Shown here piece by piece: positions 40,043 through 49,536 of a stretch of 64,000 bases of DNA (its first letter is position 1; each line of letters starts with the position of its first letter). Under the pieces are notes generated by a model. That model had not been told where the DNA came from. It did no database searches and saw only the letters and a list, made by a program, of their open reading frames with translations. This DNA is from Terriglobia bacterium (lineage in GTDB: Bacteria; Acidobacteriota; Terriglobia; 2-12-FULL-54-10), in NCBI GenBank assembly GCA_965198025.1, contig OZ240237.1, forward strand, positions 921,038 through 985,037, given 5' to 3'. A program made the position numbers and the translations under genes.

Positions 40043-40456
40043 ATGAATGACGCCTATCGGGTGCTTGCATTCGACACAAAAGGTCTGCCGATCGCTCGCG
40101 ATGCCGTAGCCCCCGACGGCTCCGACGTGCGGATCCTGCTGGGCCTGAAATCTGGGGGAATGGCGCACTTTGAACTTCCACCGGGCCAGACCTCGAAAGC
40201 AGTGGCACACAGGACGGTGGAGGAGATCTGGTACTTCCTGTCCGGCCGGGGAGAAATGTGGCGGAAGCAGGGGGCCCGGGAGTCGGTGGTCCCCGTTGGT
40301 CCGGACGTCTGCTTGACAATTCCGCTGGGCACCAATTTTCAGTTTCGATCGTTTGGCAGCGAGCCACTCACCGCTGTCGGAATCACCATGCCGCCTTGGC
40401 CGGGCGAAGGCGAAGCGTACCACGTGGACGGCAAGTGGAAGCCGACTGTGCCGTGA
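40043..40456 (+). CDS. cupin domain protein
   Basis: About 137 aa small barrel. The start is uncertain. Confidence 0.55.
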   Translation: MNDAYRVLAFDTKGLPIARDAVAPDGSDVRILLGLKSGGMAHFELPPGQTSKAVAHRTVEEIWYFLSGRGEMWRKQGARESVVPVGPDVCLTIPLGTNFQFRSFGSEPLTAVGITMPPWPGEGEAYHVDGKWKPTVP

Positions 40457-40525
40457 AGTCAGCCATCGAGCACCGCGGCTATGCTGCACGTCCCCCACTA
40501 ACCCTCGGACCAGGAGAAACCATCC

Positions 40526-41080
40526 ATGAGTTGGATCACTGATCCCCCGGCTGGAATGCCTTTGCGACACAGCTTCTTCTGGAAGTTGTCCTCGGCATCG
40601 ACAACGTGGTTTTCATCTCGATCCTGGCGTCGAAGCTCCCGACCGCGCAGCAAGCCAAGGCGCGGATAGTGGGCCTGGGGCTGGCAATGTTCCTGCGGAT
40701 CGCGTTGCTTGTTTCGGTCTCGTGGGTTATCGGGCTGACCACTCCGTTGTTTACCGTGCTCTCGCAGGAAATCTCCGGCCGGGACATTATCTTGAATGGG
40801 GGGCGGGCTGTTCCTTATCGCAAAGAGCCCGCACGAGATTCATCAGAAGCTCGAAGGGGAAGAAGGAGGCTCGTCGGCACGGGTGGTGCCGACCTTCACC
40901 AGTGTGATCATCCAGATTCTGCTGCTCATCGGGGTAACCCTGATCGTAGAGGGCTTTGACGGCAACATTCCACGGGGATACATCTACTTCGCGATGGCGT
41001 TTTCGATGTCCGTGAAACTTCTGAACATGAGAGTGCGAAGTTTGCGAAAAGCTCCACCAGTGAAGCTCCACCAGCCGTAG
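40526..41080 (+). CDS. terC: TerC family integral membrane protein (two apparent frameshifts, both in homopolymers; probably sequencing indels)
   Basis: WNAFATQLLLEVVLGIDNVVFISILASKLP...EISGRDIIL then GGGLFLIAKSPHEIHQKLEG. Shifts lie at the C5 run 40544-40548 and the G6 run 40794-40799. Confidence 0.65.
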
Positions 41081-41168
41081 ACGGAGACATGATCTGGCCA
41101 GAATTCCGTGTGGGATGGACATGAATGGGCTTGACAACTAACCTAACGCTTGTTAGAATGGATTAGTT

Positions 41169-41666
41169 ATGGTAAGGATCCAGCGAGTTCCACAGACCGG
41201 GCTGCGTGTTCAGGTGGCGATGGAGTCGCCGCAGCGCGTGGCAGTGCGCGGTGCGGAGAAGTCGTTACGGCTCGACATGCCAGCTTTACTCGGCGGAACG
41301 AATCGCGGGGTGATGCCGCTCGAAGCGCTGCTCGCGGCGTATGCAGGGTCGCTTAACGTGGTCGGCAACTTCGTCGCCAAGACGATGGATTTTAAATTGG
41401 ACAGGTGGGACTTCACGATCTGGGCGGAGTTCGATCCGCGCGGGATTTACGGCCTGGCGAAGGTGAGCAAACCGATCCCGGTAGTTCATGTGGATGCTCG
41501 TGTGACCACCACGGAATCCGGGCGGAGGCTGGCGGAGTTGCGCAAGCAGCTGGCAGAGCGCGACCCGGTTCACAATCTGCTCAAATCGGCGGGAGTGCGC
41601 TTCAAGGAGAAGTGGGAGCGCGTGCCACCTGGCGGTTCTGGAACGAAAGGTCGAAGGAAGAAGTAA
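41169..41666 (+). CDS. OsmC/Ohr family protein
   Basis: LLGGTNRGVMPLEALLAAYAGSLNVVGNFVAK... Confidence 0.6.
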   Translation: MVRIQRVPQTGLRVQVAMESPQRVAVRGAEKSLRLDMPALLGGTNRGVMPLEALLAAYAGSLNVVGNFVAKTMDFKLDRWDFTIWAEFDPRGIYGLAKVSKPIPVVHVDARVTTTESGRRLAELRKQLAERDPVHNLLKSAGVRFKEKWERVPPGGSGTKGRRKK

Positions 41667-41765
41667 GCGAGTGCAGATCCCTCGTCGGGAAACGACATGG
41701 AATATGCCGTTAGACGGGGCAGGGAAGAACGACAGCAAGAACCGGAGAGGAAAGGAGTTGAGTGC

Positions 41766-42479
41766 ATGTTTACGGACAAGATCGAAGCTAAGGATTTCTC
41801 CAAGATGCCGAAGGAGTATCAGGACCTGTTCATCAAGGTGATGACGATTCAGGCGGACAGCGAGCTCGGCGGTCCGCACCTGTACGTTGAGAAATGGGTT
41901 CTGGCCGCGCCAACGGCGGAGGACCAGATGATGCTCGCCAAGACTGCGGCGGAGGAGATCGACCACCACCGCAAGTTCGCAAAGATCCTCGCCGATCTGA
42001 ACGTGGATGTCGGCTACATGATTAAGAACCGATCGAAAGATCGTATTCTCGAGATCTTCCGCGAGCCGCTGGAGACGTGGGCCGACATGGGCTGCTTCGG
42101 GACCTTCATTGACCGCGTCGGCGGCTATCACTTGGAGGATTTCGGGGACTGCAGCTATCTGCCCGTGGCGCGGATCATTCCGCAGATCCTCAAAGAAGAG
42201 AAGCAGCACATCGCGCACGGGATTCAGATCCTCACCGGTCTGTGCCAGACCGAGGAAGGTAAGGCGGCAGCACAGAAATCGCTCGACCACATGTATCCCC
42301 GTTGCCTCGACATGTTCGGCGTCACCGGCTCCAAGCGCAGCGCCCAATACCTGGAGTGGGGCATCAAGAAGCGCACCAACGAACAGGGCCGAACGCAGTA
42401 CCGCGAAGAAGTCACGAATATCATGGGCCGGCTTGGCCTGAAGGAACCCGATCCGCTCAAGGACCGGCGCTTCCTGTAA
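41766..42479 (+). CDS. PaaA/PaaC-like ferritin-fold (diiron) oxygenase family protein
   Basis: Similar to the phenylacetyl-CoA epoxidase family (EIDHHRKF, EKQHIAHG ligand-like pairs). Confidence 0.6.
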   Translation: MFTDKIEAKDFSKMPKEYQDLFIKVMTIQADSELGGPHLYVEKWVLAAPTAEDQMMLAKTAAEEIDHHRKFAKILADLNVDVGYMIKNRSKDRILEIFREPLETWADMGCFGTFIDRVGGYHLEDFGDCSYLPVARIIPQILKEEKQHIAHGIQILTGLCQTEEGKAAAQKSLDHMYPRCLDMFGVTGSKRSAQYLEWGIKKRTNEQGRTQYREEVTNIMGRLGLKEPDPLKDRRFL

Positions 42480-42493
42480 GGACAAGGAGCATA

Positions 42494-43183
42494 ATGGCCA
42501 AAACCTGGGAACCGAGTGGCGCGGCAGCGGGAACGCTGCCGGCCACGCAGGACCGGGTTCCGGGGCAAGCCCGGGCCGAAGCGCCCCGCGAACTCCGCCT
42601 GAACCAGATTTGTGCCGTCGGGTGCCGCCTGCTGTTCGAACGCGGGTACGCCGGCATGACCATGCGGCAGATCGCGGCGCACCTCCACATCAAAGCCGCC
42701 AGCCTTTATTATCACTTTCCGAGCAAGCAGCACATTTTGTTCTACCTGATGCGGAAGACTGTCTCGGAACTGCTCGAAGGCCTGCGCCAGATCGTGGAAT
42801 CGGACGACAGCGCGGAACAGCAGCTCAACGCGGCCGTCCGTTGGCACGTCCTCTTCCACACGCAAAAACGGGAAGAGGCGTTCGTCAGCCACAGCGAACT
42901 CCGTTCGCTGGAACCCGAAAACCTGCAAGCGATCCTGAAGCTGCGGCGTAAATACGACCAGCTATTCGACATCATCCTGCAGCGGGGGCAGCAGGATGGA
43001 ATCTTCGAGATCGAAGACATCAGCGTCGTCCGGAATTCGATCCTTACCATGTGCACGGCCACGGCGAGCTGGTTTTCGCCGGAAGGCCGCCTGACCGCCG
43101 AGCAGGTGGCGGATCAGATTTGCAACTTCGTGCGCGCCACCCTGGTGCGTCGAAACAGAGCGAGTACTCCAAGAGCACGGTAG
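42494..43183 (+). CDS. TetR family transcriptional regulator
   Basis: HTH with GYAGMTMRQIAAHLHIKAASLYYHFPSKQ. Confidence 0.8.
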   Translation: MAKTWEPSGAAAGTLPATQDRVPGQARAEAPRELRLNQICAVGCRLLFERGYAGMTMRQIAAHLHIKAASLYYHFPSKQHILFYLMRKTVSELLEGLRQIVESDDSAEQQLNAAVRWHVLFHTQKREEAFVSHSELRSLEPENLQAILKLRRKYDQLFDIILQRGQQDGIFEIEDISVVRNSILTMCTATASWFSPEGRLTAEQVADQICNFVRATLVRRNRASTPRAR

Positions 43184-43242
43184 CGCCCGTCTTTCCCGCG
43201 CGGCCTTCCGAAGGAAGTTGAATCAAAGGAGCAATCATCGTA

Positions 43243-44763
43243 ATGCGCGACTTACGGACATGGATGCAGCAAGTGGAAGCAATGGGAGAGTTGCTGACCA
43301 TCACGGAGGAACTCGACTGGGACGAGGAAACGTCTGCGCTCAACTACATCGTCGGACAGCGCGAAGGGGCCCCAGCTTTGCTCTACGAGAAGATCAAGGA
43401 TGCGCCGGCGGGTTTTCGCTGTTTGCACAATCTGTTCGGGACGAGCAAAGAACGCATCGCGGCGGCAGTGGGGCTGCCGCAGGGCAAATCCCTCACCGAG
43501 TTGATCGAACTCTTCCGCCAGCGGGCGCTGCACAAGGTGCCTCCCCAGACCGTGCCAGCCTCTTCCGCCGCCATCAATGAGAACGTCCTTACGGGAAGCA
43601 AAGCCGACATTACGATGTTCCCTGCGCCCAAGATGTGGCCGCTCGATGGAGGGCGCTACCTTGGCACATGGGACGTCTTCATTACACGCGATCTCGAAGA
43701 CGGCCACCTGAATCTCGGGACCTACCGGCAAATGGTGAAGAGTCCGCGAGAACTGTTTGTTTACTGGTCGCCCGGCAAGGACGCGCGCCTGCAGGCGGAA
43801 CGCTACTGGAGGCTCGGAAAAGCGTTTCCAGTCGCCGCCGTGTACGGCCCCGACCCGCTGCTCTTCACCGTCAGCACACAAACCGTTCCGAAGCTCGAAT
43901 CGGAATACGATTATGCGGGCGGGCTGATCAATCAGCCGGTCGAGGTCTTTGAGAGTGACGTAACCGGCCTGCTGCTGCCCGCCAGCGCCGAGATCATTAT
44001 CGAAGGGGAAATGCGTCCCGGCAACGTCGCGCGCGAAGGTCCGTTCGGTGAGTTCACCGGCTACTACGGGCGTCCCGAGGCGCACACGCCGATCATTGAC
44101 GTGCAGTGTGTTCGCCACCGCAACGACCCGATCCTGACGTGCGCGCTGATGGCCGACTACCCGGCCTGCGAGCAGAGCCTGCTCTACAGCATTGCCCGCT
44201 CAGCGCGTATCTGGACCGATCTCGAAAAGCTCGGCGTGCCAGGCATCCGCGGCGTATTTTCATTTCCGGAAGCGGCGGGCGGATTCGGAGCCACGGCCGT
44301 CTCCATCGAGCAACGGTTTGCGGGCCACGCTTCGCAAGTGGCAACGCTCGCGTCGCAGGTTCCCGGCGGCGCATACTACGCGAAATTCATCATCGTCGTG
44401 GACGACGACATCGACCCGACCGATATTCACCAAGTGTTCTGGGCGATGTCCACGCGCTGCGATCCGGCCAAGGACATCGACATCCTGCGCAGTACCTGGT
44501 CCACTTGGCTCGACCCGACGAAGAATCCTCCGGAAGAGCGCCCCTGGGGCTCGAAGTGCCTCATCAATGCCTGCAAGGAGCATAAGTTTCTCAAGCAGTT
44601 CGCCCGCCGCTCGCGCATCCGCCGTGAAGTCTACGAAAAGCTGCTCGCCAAATGGGACCGCCTGGGCCTGAACTTTCCGCCTCCCGTCATCCGCAACTTT
44701 GAGGACGACGCCGAAGCCGTCGTGCCGCAGGTGATGGTCGAGTCCGAGTGGGATGTGATGTAG
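43243..44763 (+). CDS. UbiD family (prFMN-dependent) decarboxylase
   Basis: 506 aa UbiD fold (FGEFTGYYG). Confidence 0.85.
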   Translation: MRDLRTWMQQVEAMGELLTITEELDWDEETSALNYIVGQREGAPALLYEKIKDAPAGFRCLHNLFGTSKERIAAAVGLPQGKSLTELIELFRQRALHKVPPQTVPASSAAINENVLTGSKADITMFPAPKMWPLDGGRYLGTWDVFITRDLEDGHLNLGTYRQMVKSPRELFVYWSPGKDARLQAERYWRLGKAFPVAAVYGPDPLLFTVSTQTVPKLESEYDYAGGLINQPVEVFESDVTGLLLPASAEIIIEGEMRPGNVAREGPFGEFTGYYGRPEAHTPIIDVQCVRHRNDPILTCALMADYPACEQSLLYSIARSARIWTDLEKLGVPGIRGVFSFPEAAGGFGATAVSIEQRFAGHASQVATLASQVPGGAYYAKFIIVVDDDIDPTDIHQVFWAMSTRCDPAKDIDILRSTWSTWLDPTKNPPEERPWGSKCLINACKEHKFLKQFARRSRIRREVYEKLLAKWDRLGLNFPPPVIRNFEDDAEAVVPQVMVESEWDVM

Positions 44764-44819
44764 CAGAAAGAAAGAACTCTGGGCTTCAAGTAGTATCGTC
44801 CCAGCCTACGCCGCTTCGT

Positions 44820-45917
44820 TTAGCTCCAAAACTTCCGCGCTGTCTCGACCACCAGCCCCAGCTTCGCCCATTGCTCGTCTTCGGTCAGGAGGTTGCCGTC
44901 CGCCGTGGAGGCGAAGCCGCACTGCGGGCTGAGAGCGAGGTTTTCGGGAGGCACGAAGTGGGATGCTTGCTCAATGCGGCGGAGGAGAGTTGCCTGGTCT
45001 TCCAGTTCCGGTCGCTTGCTGCTGATCAATCCCAGGACGACGGCCTTGTCGCGAGGCACGAAGCGAAGCGGCTCGAAGGAGCCTGAGCGGTGGTCGTCGT
45101 ATTCGAGCAGGAAGCGATCGACCTGGAGCACGCCGAACATTTTCTCTGCGATGGCGTCGTAGCCGCCTTCGGCGTACCACTGGCTGCGGTTGTTGCCGCG
45201 ACAGAGGTGGATCGCAAGCGTGATGCCGGGACGACGCGCTGCCTCGAAGCACGCGTTGTCGGCCTTGATGGATTCGTCGAGCAGCTTCTCGGGCTCCATT
45301 CTCATCGCTGTCCGGGTCCACTCACGCCATTTCGGGTCCATGTAGTAGCTGTAGCGCGGCGCATCAATCTGAATGTAATCCACGCCCTCGGCGGCGAGCC
45401 GCGCTGTCTCGGACTTCAGGATCTCGGCGACGGCCCATAGCAGCGCGACCGGGCCCTTGTAGACTTTGTCCGTGACGCCCCACTTGAAGGAGATCGCCGG
45501 GAACTGCGAGGCGCTCGGGAGCGTCATCTTGATTTTGCCCGGCTTCTGCGCTTTCAGAAACGGAAGCTCATGCTCTGTAAGTGGGCGCACGGCATGCAGT
45601 TTGGTGTGGACGATGCCGGTGATCCTGGTAACCGTCGGGCCTTTTGTCTCCCCCGCCTTCCACATGCGCGCCACGGCGTCGCCCATGTCGAAACCCTCGA
45701 CGGCGTCGGTGAAGTCGCTCATGAAGTTGCCGCGGCGTAGTTCGCCATCCGTGAACACCTCGAATCCCAGGTCTTTCTGCCGTTCAAGAACTCGCGCCAC
45801 GTGGGGGTCTTCCAGAGCCCGCAACTGCTCCGGACCAGTTCCGGCCCGGCGAGCTTCCAGCAGTTCGGCTGGCCGCAGAAAGCTTCCAATGTGCTCGCCC
45901 TGATAGGGTATGGGCAT
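44820..45917 (-). CDS. cobalamin-independent methionine synthase (MetE C-terminal domain)-like methyltransferase
   Basis: 365 aa with Zn-ligand motifs IHLCRGN and SPQCGF. Confidence 0.7.
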   Translation of the reverse strand: MPIPYQGEHIGSFLRPAELLEARRAGTGPEQLRALEDPHVARVLERQKDLGFEVFTDGELRRGNFMSDFTDAVEGFDMGDAVARMWKAGETKGPTVTRITGIVHTKLHAVRPLTEHELPFLKAQKPGKIKMTLPSASQFPAISFKWGVTDKVYKGPVALLWAVAEILKSETARLAAEGVDYIQIDAPRYSYYMDPKWREWTRTAMRMEPEKLLDESIKADNACFEAARRPGITLAIHLCRGNNRSQWYAEGGYDAIAEKMFGVLQVDRFLLEYDDHRSGSFEPLRFVPRDKAVVLGLISSKRPELEDQATLLRRIEQASHFVPPENLALSPQCGFASTADGNLLTEDEQWAKLGLVVETARKFWS

Positions 45918-45938
45918 GCTATCCCTGCTCTCAGACCT

Positions 45939-47558
45939 CTACTTGCTACTTCCTGCTTTGCCCCGCAGTTTGAATCTTTGAATCTTACCGGTCGGCGTCC
46001 TCGGCAGGTCCTGGACGACTTCATACCAGCGCGGTATCTTGAATCCCGGCAACTTTCCCTTGAGGAAATGACGAAACGAATCTGCAAGGTCCCCCTCGAC
46101 CGGCTGATTCATGACCAGGAACGCCTTGGGCTTGTCCAGGCCGTCATCGTCCTTGCACCCGACAATGGCGGCTTCGACGACGCCGGGAAACCCGAGCAAC
46201 GCGTTCTCTACTTCAGCCGGGGAGACCCATTGCCCGGCGCATCGCAGCATGTCATCCGCCCGGCCACAGTAGCAGAAGTAGCCGTCCGGGTCGACGTAAT
46301 ACTTGTCACCGGTCACGAGCCATTCGCCCACCATGGTGCGTTTGGTCTGCTCTTGCTTGCGCCAGTAAAACGCCGCGGCGTCGTCCCCTTTGATCCAGAG
46401 ATTCCCGAGTTCGCCCGCCGGGAGGTCCTCGCCCGCATCGTCCACGATCTTCGCTTCGTAGCCCGGAACGAGACGCCCGCTGGTGCCGGGCCGGATATCG
46501 TCCGGACGATTGGAAATGAAGATGTGCGTCATTTCCGTCGAGCCGATGCCGTCCAGAATCGAGACGCCGAAGCGCTCTTTGAAGCGCTCGTAGATTTCCG
46601 CCGGGAGCGCCTCTCCCGCTGAAATCCCGAACCGAATGCTGCTCAAATCCCGCTGATCCGTAACATGCAGCAACGATGCGTAGAGTGTCGGAACGCTAAA
46701 GAACAAGGTGGGCCGAAAACGCTCGATGTAATTGAAGATGACTTCGGGCTTCGGCCGATGTGGATTCAAAACCGCAGCAGCTCCCATGCTGAGCGGAAAA
46801 AACATTCCGTTGCCCAGTCCGTAGGCAAAGAACAATTTGCTCACCGAAAAGCAGACGTCCTGCTCGGTCATCTTGAGAATCGGGGCCGCGTAGAGTTCGG
46901 TGGCGACCGGAATGTCGTGATGCAAGTGGACCGAGCCTTTGGGGCCACCCGTGCTGCCCGAGGTGTAGAGCATGAAGGCCATGTCATCTCTCCAGGTAGG
47001 CTCTGGCTCCAGCGTTGGAGACGCCGCTTGGAGCAGTTCCCCGAGCGCGCGCCAGCGATAGCGGGCGCCGGAAGGCGGCTGCGTCGCAATCCGCTGTGTC
47101 CTGGCGGGATCGGACGGCAGAACGAGGACATGCTCCAGATCGGGAACCTGGCCAAGGACTTCCTGCGCCTCCGGCCAGAGCTCCTCGTGGAGCACAAAGA
47201 TCCGCGCGCCGCTGTCGCGGAGATAGTACAGATAGTCCTCGGCATACGCTGCGGTGTTGACGGGAACCGGCACCGCTCCGATCTTCGTGGCCCCCAGAAA
47301 CACAGCGATGAATTCCGCGCAGTCTGGAACTGCCATCAGCACGCGCTCCTCGGCATCCATGCCGAGCGACCGCAAGCCGTTTCCGCAGCGGTTGACCATC
47401 TCCGCCAGTTGCGCATAGGTCAGCGCGCGGCCGTCTTCCAGAATGGCTGTCTTGTTTGCACGTCCGGCTTCGAGGTGCCTGTCGACCAGATGACTGGCAA
47501 TATTGAACGTCGGAGGGATGTCTACTATGGGGGCTTCGCTGGCGTAGGAAAATATCAT
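45939..47558 (-). CDS. benzoate-CoA ligase family aryl-carboxylate-CoA ligase
   Basis: 539 aa AMP-binding protein with YTSGSTGGPKG and a BadA/4-HBA-CoA-ligase-like C-terminus. Confidence 0.75.
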   Translation of the reverse strand: MIFSYASEAPIVDIPPTFNIASHLVDRHLEAGRANKTAILEDGRALTYAQLAEMVNRCGNGLRSLGMDAEERVLMAVPDCAEFIAVFLGATKIGAVPVPVNTAAYAEDYLYYLRDSGARIFVLHEELWPEAQEVLGQVPDLEHVLVLPSDPARTQRIATQPPSGARYRWRALGELLQAASPTLEPEPTWRDDMAFMLYTSGSTGGPKGSVHLHHDIPVATELYAAPILKMTEQDVCFSVSKLFFAYGLGNGMFFPLSMGAAAVLNPHRPKPEVIFNYIERFRPTLFFSVPTLYASLLHVTDQRDLSSIRFGISAGEALPAEIYERFKERFGVSILDGIGSTEMTHIFISNRPDDIRPGTSGRLVPGYEAKIVDDAGEDLPAGELGNLWIKGDDAAAFYWRKQEQTKRTMVGEWLVTGDKYYVDPDGYFCYCGRADDMLRCAGQWVSPAEVENALLGFPGVVEAAIVGCKDDDGLDKPKAFLVMNQPVEGDLADSFRHFLKGKLPGFKIPRWYEVVQDLPRTPTGKIQRFKLRGKAGSSK

Positions 47559-47573
47559 CTGGCCTTCACCTGC

Positions 47574-47999
47574 CTATGCCGAAGAGCTTTCGATCTCGAT
47601 CTCGATTTCGACTGGGTCACCGTCCTTCAATTGAAGCGTCTGCCGAAGGTTCTCTGCAGCGATTACTTCCAGCACGTCTTTATACATGGTTAACTCGGGG
47701 AGAATCAAGTAGGCGCGGCAGGTCCGGGCGTTCGTCCTCAGCTTGACGCGTCGCAAATAGCCTGGGCAGGTGGGGTCGGAGGGATTGGCTATGCGCAGGA
47801 AAGAATGGCGGTGCGCAAAGAGTGCTTCCCGCGCCTCAAGATCCACGCGCAGGTTTAAGGTTCCGGGGAAGGGAATCAGATCGAGCTTCCGGCAGAGTTC
47901 TTCGAGGACCCAGTCGAGGCGCAGAAACTCCGCTCCCCGGCCCAGGCCACTCGCCACCGAACCGGTTGTCTGGAAAGGAGCCGCACCTGGAATCTGCAT
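47574..47999 (-). CDS. ribK: archaeal-type CTP-dependent riboflavin kinase (RibK, DUF120/MJ0056 family)
   Basis: GSVASGLGRGAEFLRLDWVLEELCRKLDLIPFPGTLNLRVD and LQLKDGDPVEIEI align with M. jannaschii RibK (GEVVSGLGEGRYF...YEGTLNLKLD ... NLKDGDVIKI). Confidence 0.7.
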   Translation of the reverse strand: MQIPGAAPFQTTGSVASGLGRGAEFLRLDWVLEELCRKLDLIPFPGTLNLRVDLEAREALFAHRHSFLRIANPSDPTCPGYLRRVKLRTNARTCRAYLILPELTMYKDVLEVIAAENLRQTLQLKDGDPVEIEIEIESSSA

Positions 48000-48064
48000 G
48001 TTCGCGCAGTCTCGGTCTTCCGCTCGATCAAAGGCCACTCCAATCGCAAACAAACCGCAGGAAT

Positions 48065-48712
48065 CTACGAGGACGAGACGTCCGTCCGGGCTGAATCCAC
48101 CATGCCTTCCCAGCGCTTGACGATATCCACGTCAATGCCGAAGAGGTCGAGAATGCGCCCCACGGTGTGGTTGACGATGTCATCGAGCGTTTTAGGGAAG
48201 TTGTAGAAGGCCGGGACGGGCGGCACAATGATCGCGCCCATCTCCGCAGCCGCCACCATCAGCCGCAAATGGCCGATGTGCAGCGGCGCCTCCCGCACCA
48301 TCAGCACGAGCGGGCGTCGCTCCTTAAGCACCACATCGGCGGCCCGGCCGAGCAGGTCAATGCTGAGTGAGTTGGCTACGGCTGCCAGCGTCTTCATCGA
48401 GCACGGCGCAATGATCATGCCCTCGGTGTGAAACGACCCGCTCGAAATCGTCGCCCCGATGTCCGCGATATGGTAGCTTGCGTCGGCCATGCCCCGCACC
48501 TGTGCGATGGTGAATTCCGTTTCGTAAGCGATCGTGCGTTCGGCGGCCTTGGACATGACCAGGTGGGACTCGATGTTGGGAGACGACCGGAGTACCTGCA
48601 GAAACCGCACGCCGTAGATCGCTCCCGTGGCGCCGGACATACCGATGATCAAGCGGCGTTGTTGCTGACCGTCGCGCGAGAGCGCCTTGGCACGCCGAGT
48701 AGACTGTTTCAT
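48065..48712 (-). CDS. ubiX: UbiX family flavin prenyltransferase (prFMN synthase)
   Basis: RLIIGMSGATGAIYG ... GMIIAPCSMKTLA. Confidence 0.85.
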   Translation of the reverse strand: MKQSTRRAKALSRDGQQQRRLIIGMSGATGAIYGVRFLQVLRSSPNIESHLVMSKAAERTIAYETEFTIAQVRGMADASYHIADIGATISSGSFHTEGMIIAPCSMKTLAAVANSLSIDLLGRAADVVLKERRPLVLMVREAPLHIGHLRLMVAAAEMGAIIVPPVPAFYNFPKTLDDIVNHTVGRILDLFGIDVDIVKRWEGMVDSARTDVSSS

Positions 48713-48721
48713 GGGCCTGTC

Positions 48722-49495
48722 CTATTGATCCCAGGTTGCTTCATCGATGTGCAGGGGAGCGCTGATCCATTGCCGTGGGGCGGTCTGGCCGCGTCCCCGG
48801 ATCAGGTGCGGATGGAGCCTTCGCTGGATGTCGGCGACATGATCAGCCATCATGCGGGCTGCCGTTTCGCCGTCCCGGTCGCATAGCGCGTTGTAGATTG
48901 CCCTGTGAAAGTTTACCACATGGGCCGTCAGACCGGCCCCCACCCGTGCTTCCTGCAGCGCGTTTACCAGCAGGTCGATCACCGAAACTGTCGTGAGCGC
49001 CAGGATCGGGTTCCGCGCCGCGTCAATCAGCAGCCGGTGAAACTTCAAGTCGTAGGACTGGGTGTCCTTCCCCGCCTTGACGTCGTCTTCCTGCTTCATC
49101 ACAACGGCTTCCAGACGTCCCAGATCCTGTGCCGTCGCTCGCTCCGCAGCGAGTCGACACAGTCCCGGCTCGAGCAGCAGACGCGCCTCCGTCAAATGGT
49201 TGAGCGTTCCCTTGCTCAACTGCATTCGCACCCAGAACGACTCCGCCACGCGATGGTGGTCCGCCCCGCTGACGTACGTCCCCCCGCCGTGGCCTCGCTT
49301 GATGCGGACCAAACCAAGATGTTCGAGCGCCCGCACCGCCTCGCGCACGGAAACCCGGCTGGTGCGAAACTGTTCGACCAGCTCGCGCTCCGTTGGCAGC
49401 TTGTCGCCCCGCTTGAGCTTCCCCGAAAGGATCGCCCGTTTGATCTGTCCGGCAATCTCTTCGGAGACGCGGCTGGTAGGAACACTTTGAAACAT
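48722..49495 (-). CDS. GntR (FadR/FCD subfamily) transcriptional regulator
   Basis: LPTERELVEQFRTSRVSVREAVRALE wHTH plus an FCD domain. Confidence 0.8.
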   Translation of the reverse strand: MFQSVPTSRVSEEIAGQIKRAILSGKLKRGDKLPTERELVEQFRTSRVSVREAVRALEHLGLVRIKRGHGGGTYVSGADHHRVAESFWVRMQLSKGTLNHLTEARLLLEPGLCRLAAERATAQDLGRLEAVVMKQEDDVKAGKDTQSYDLKFHRLLIDAARNPILALTTVSVIDLLVNALQEARVGAGLTAHVVNFHRAIYNALCDRDGETAARMMADHVADIQRRLHPHLIRGRGQTAPRQWISAPLHIDEATWDQ

Positions 49496-49536
49496 AAAGG
49501 CCTGATTTGATGTCTAACATTAAACCTTACAATGTG

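Noticed and set aside
40526-41080. Calling terC a pseudogene
   Set aside because: Both breaks are single-base length changes in C5 and G6 homopolymers and the protein is otherwise intact. A sequencing or assembly error is more likely than biological inactivation.
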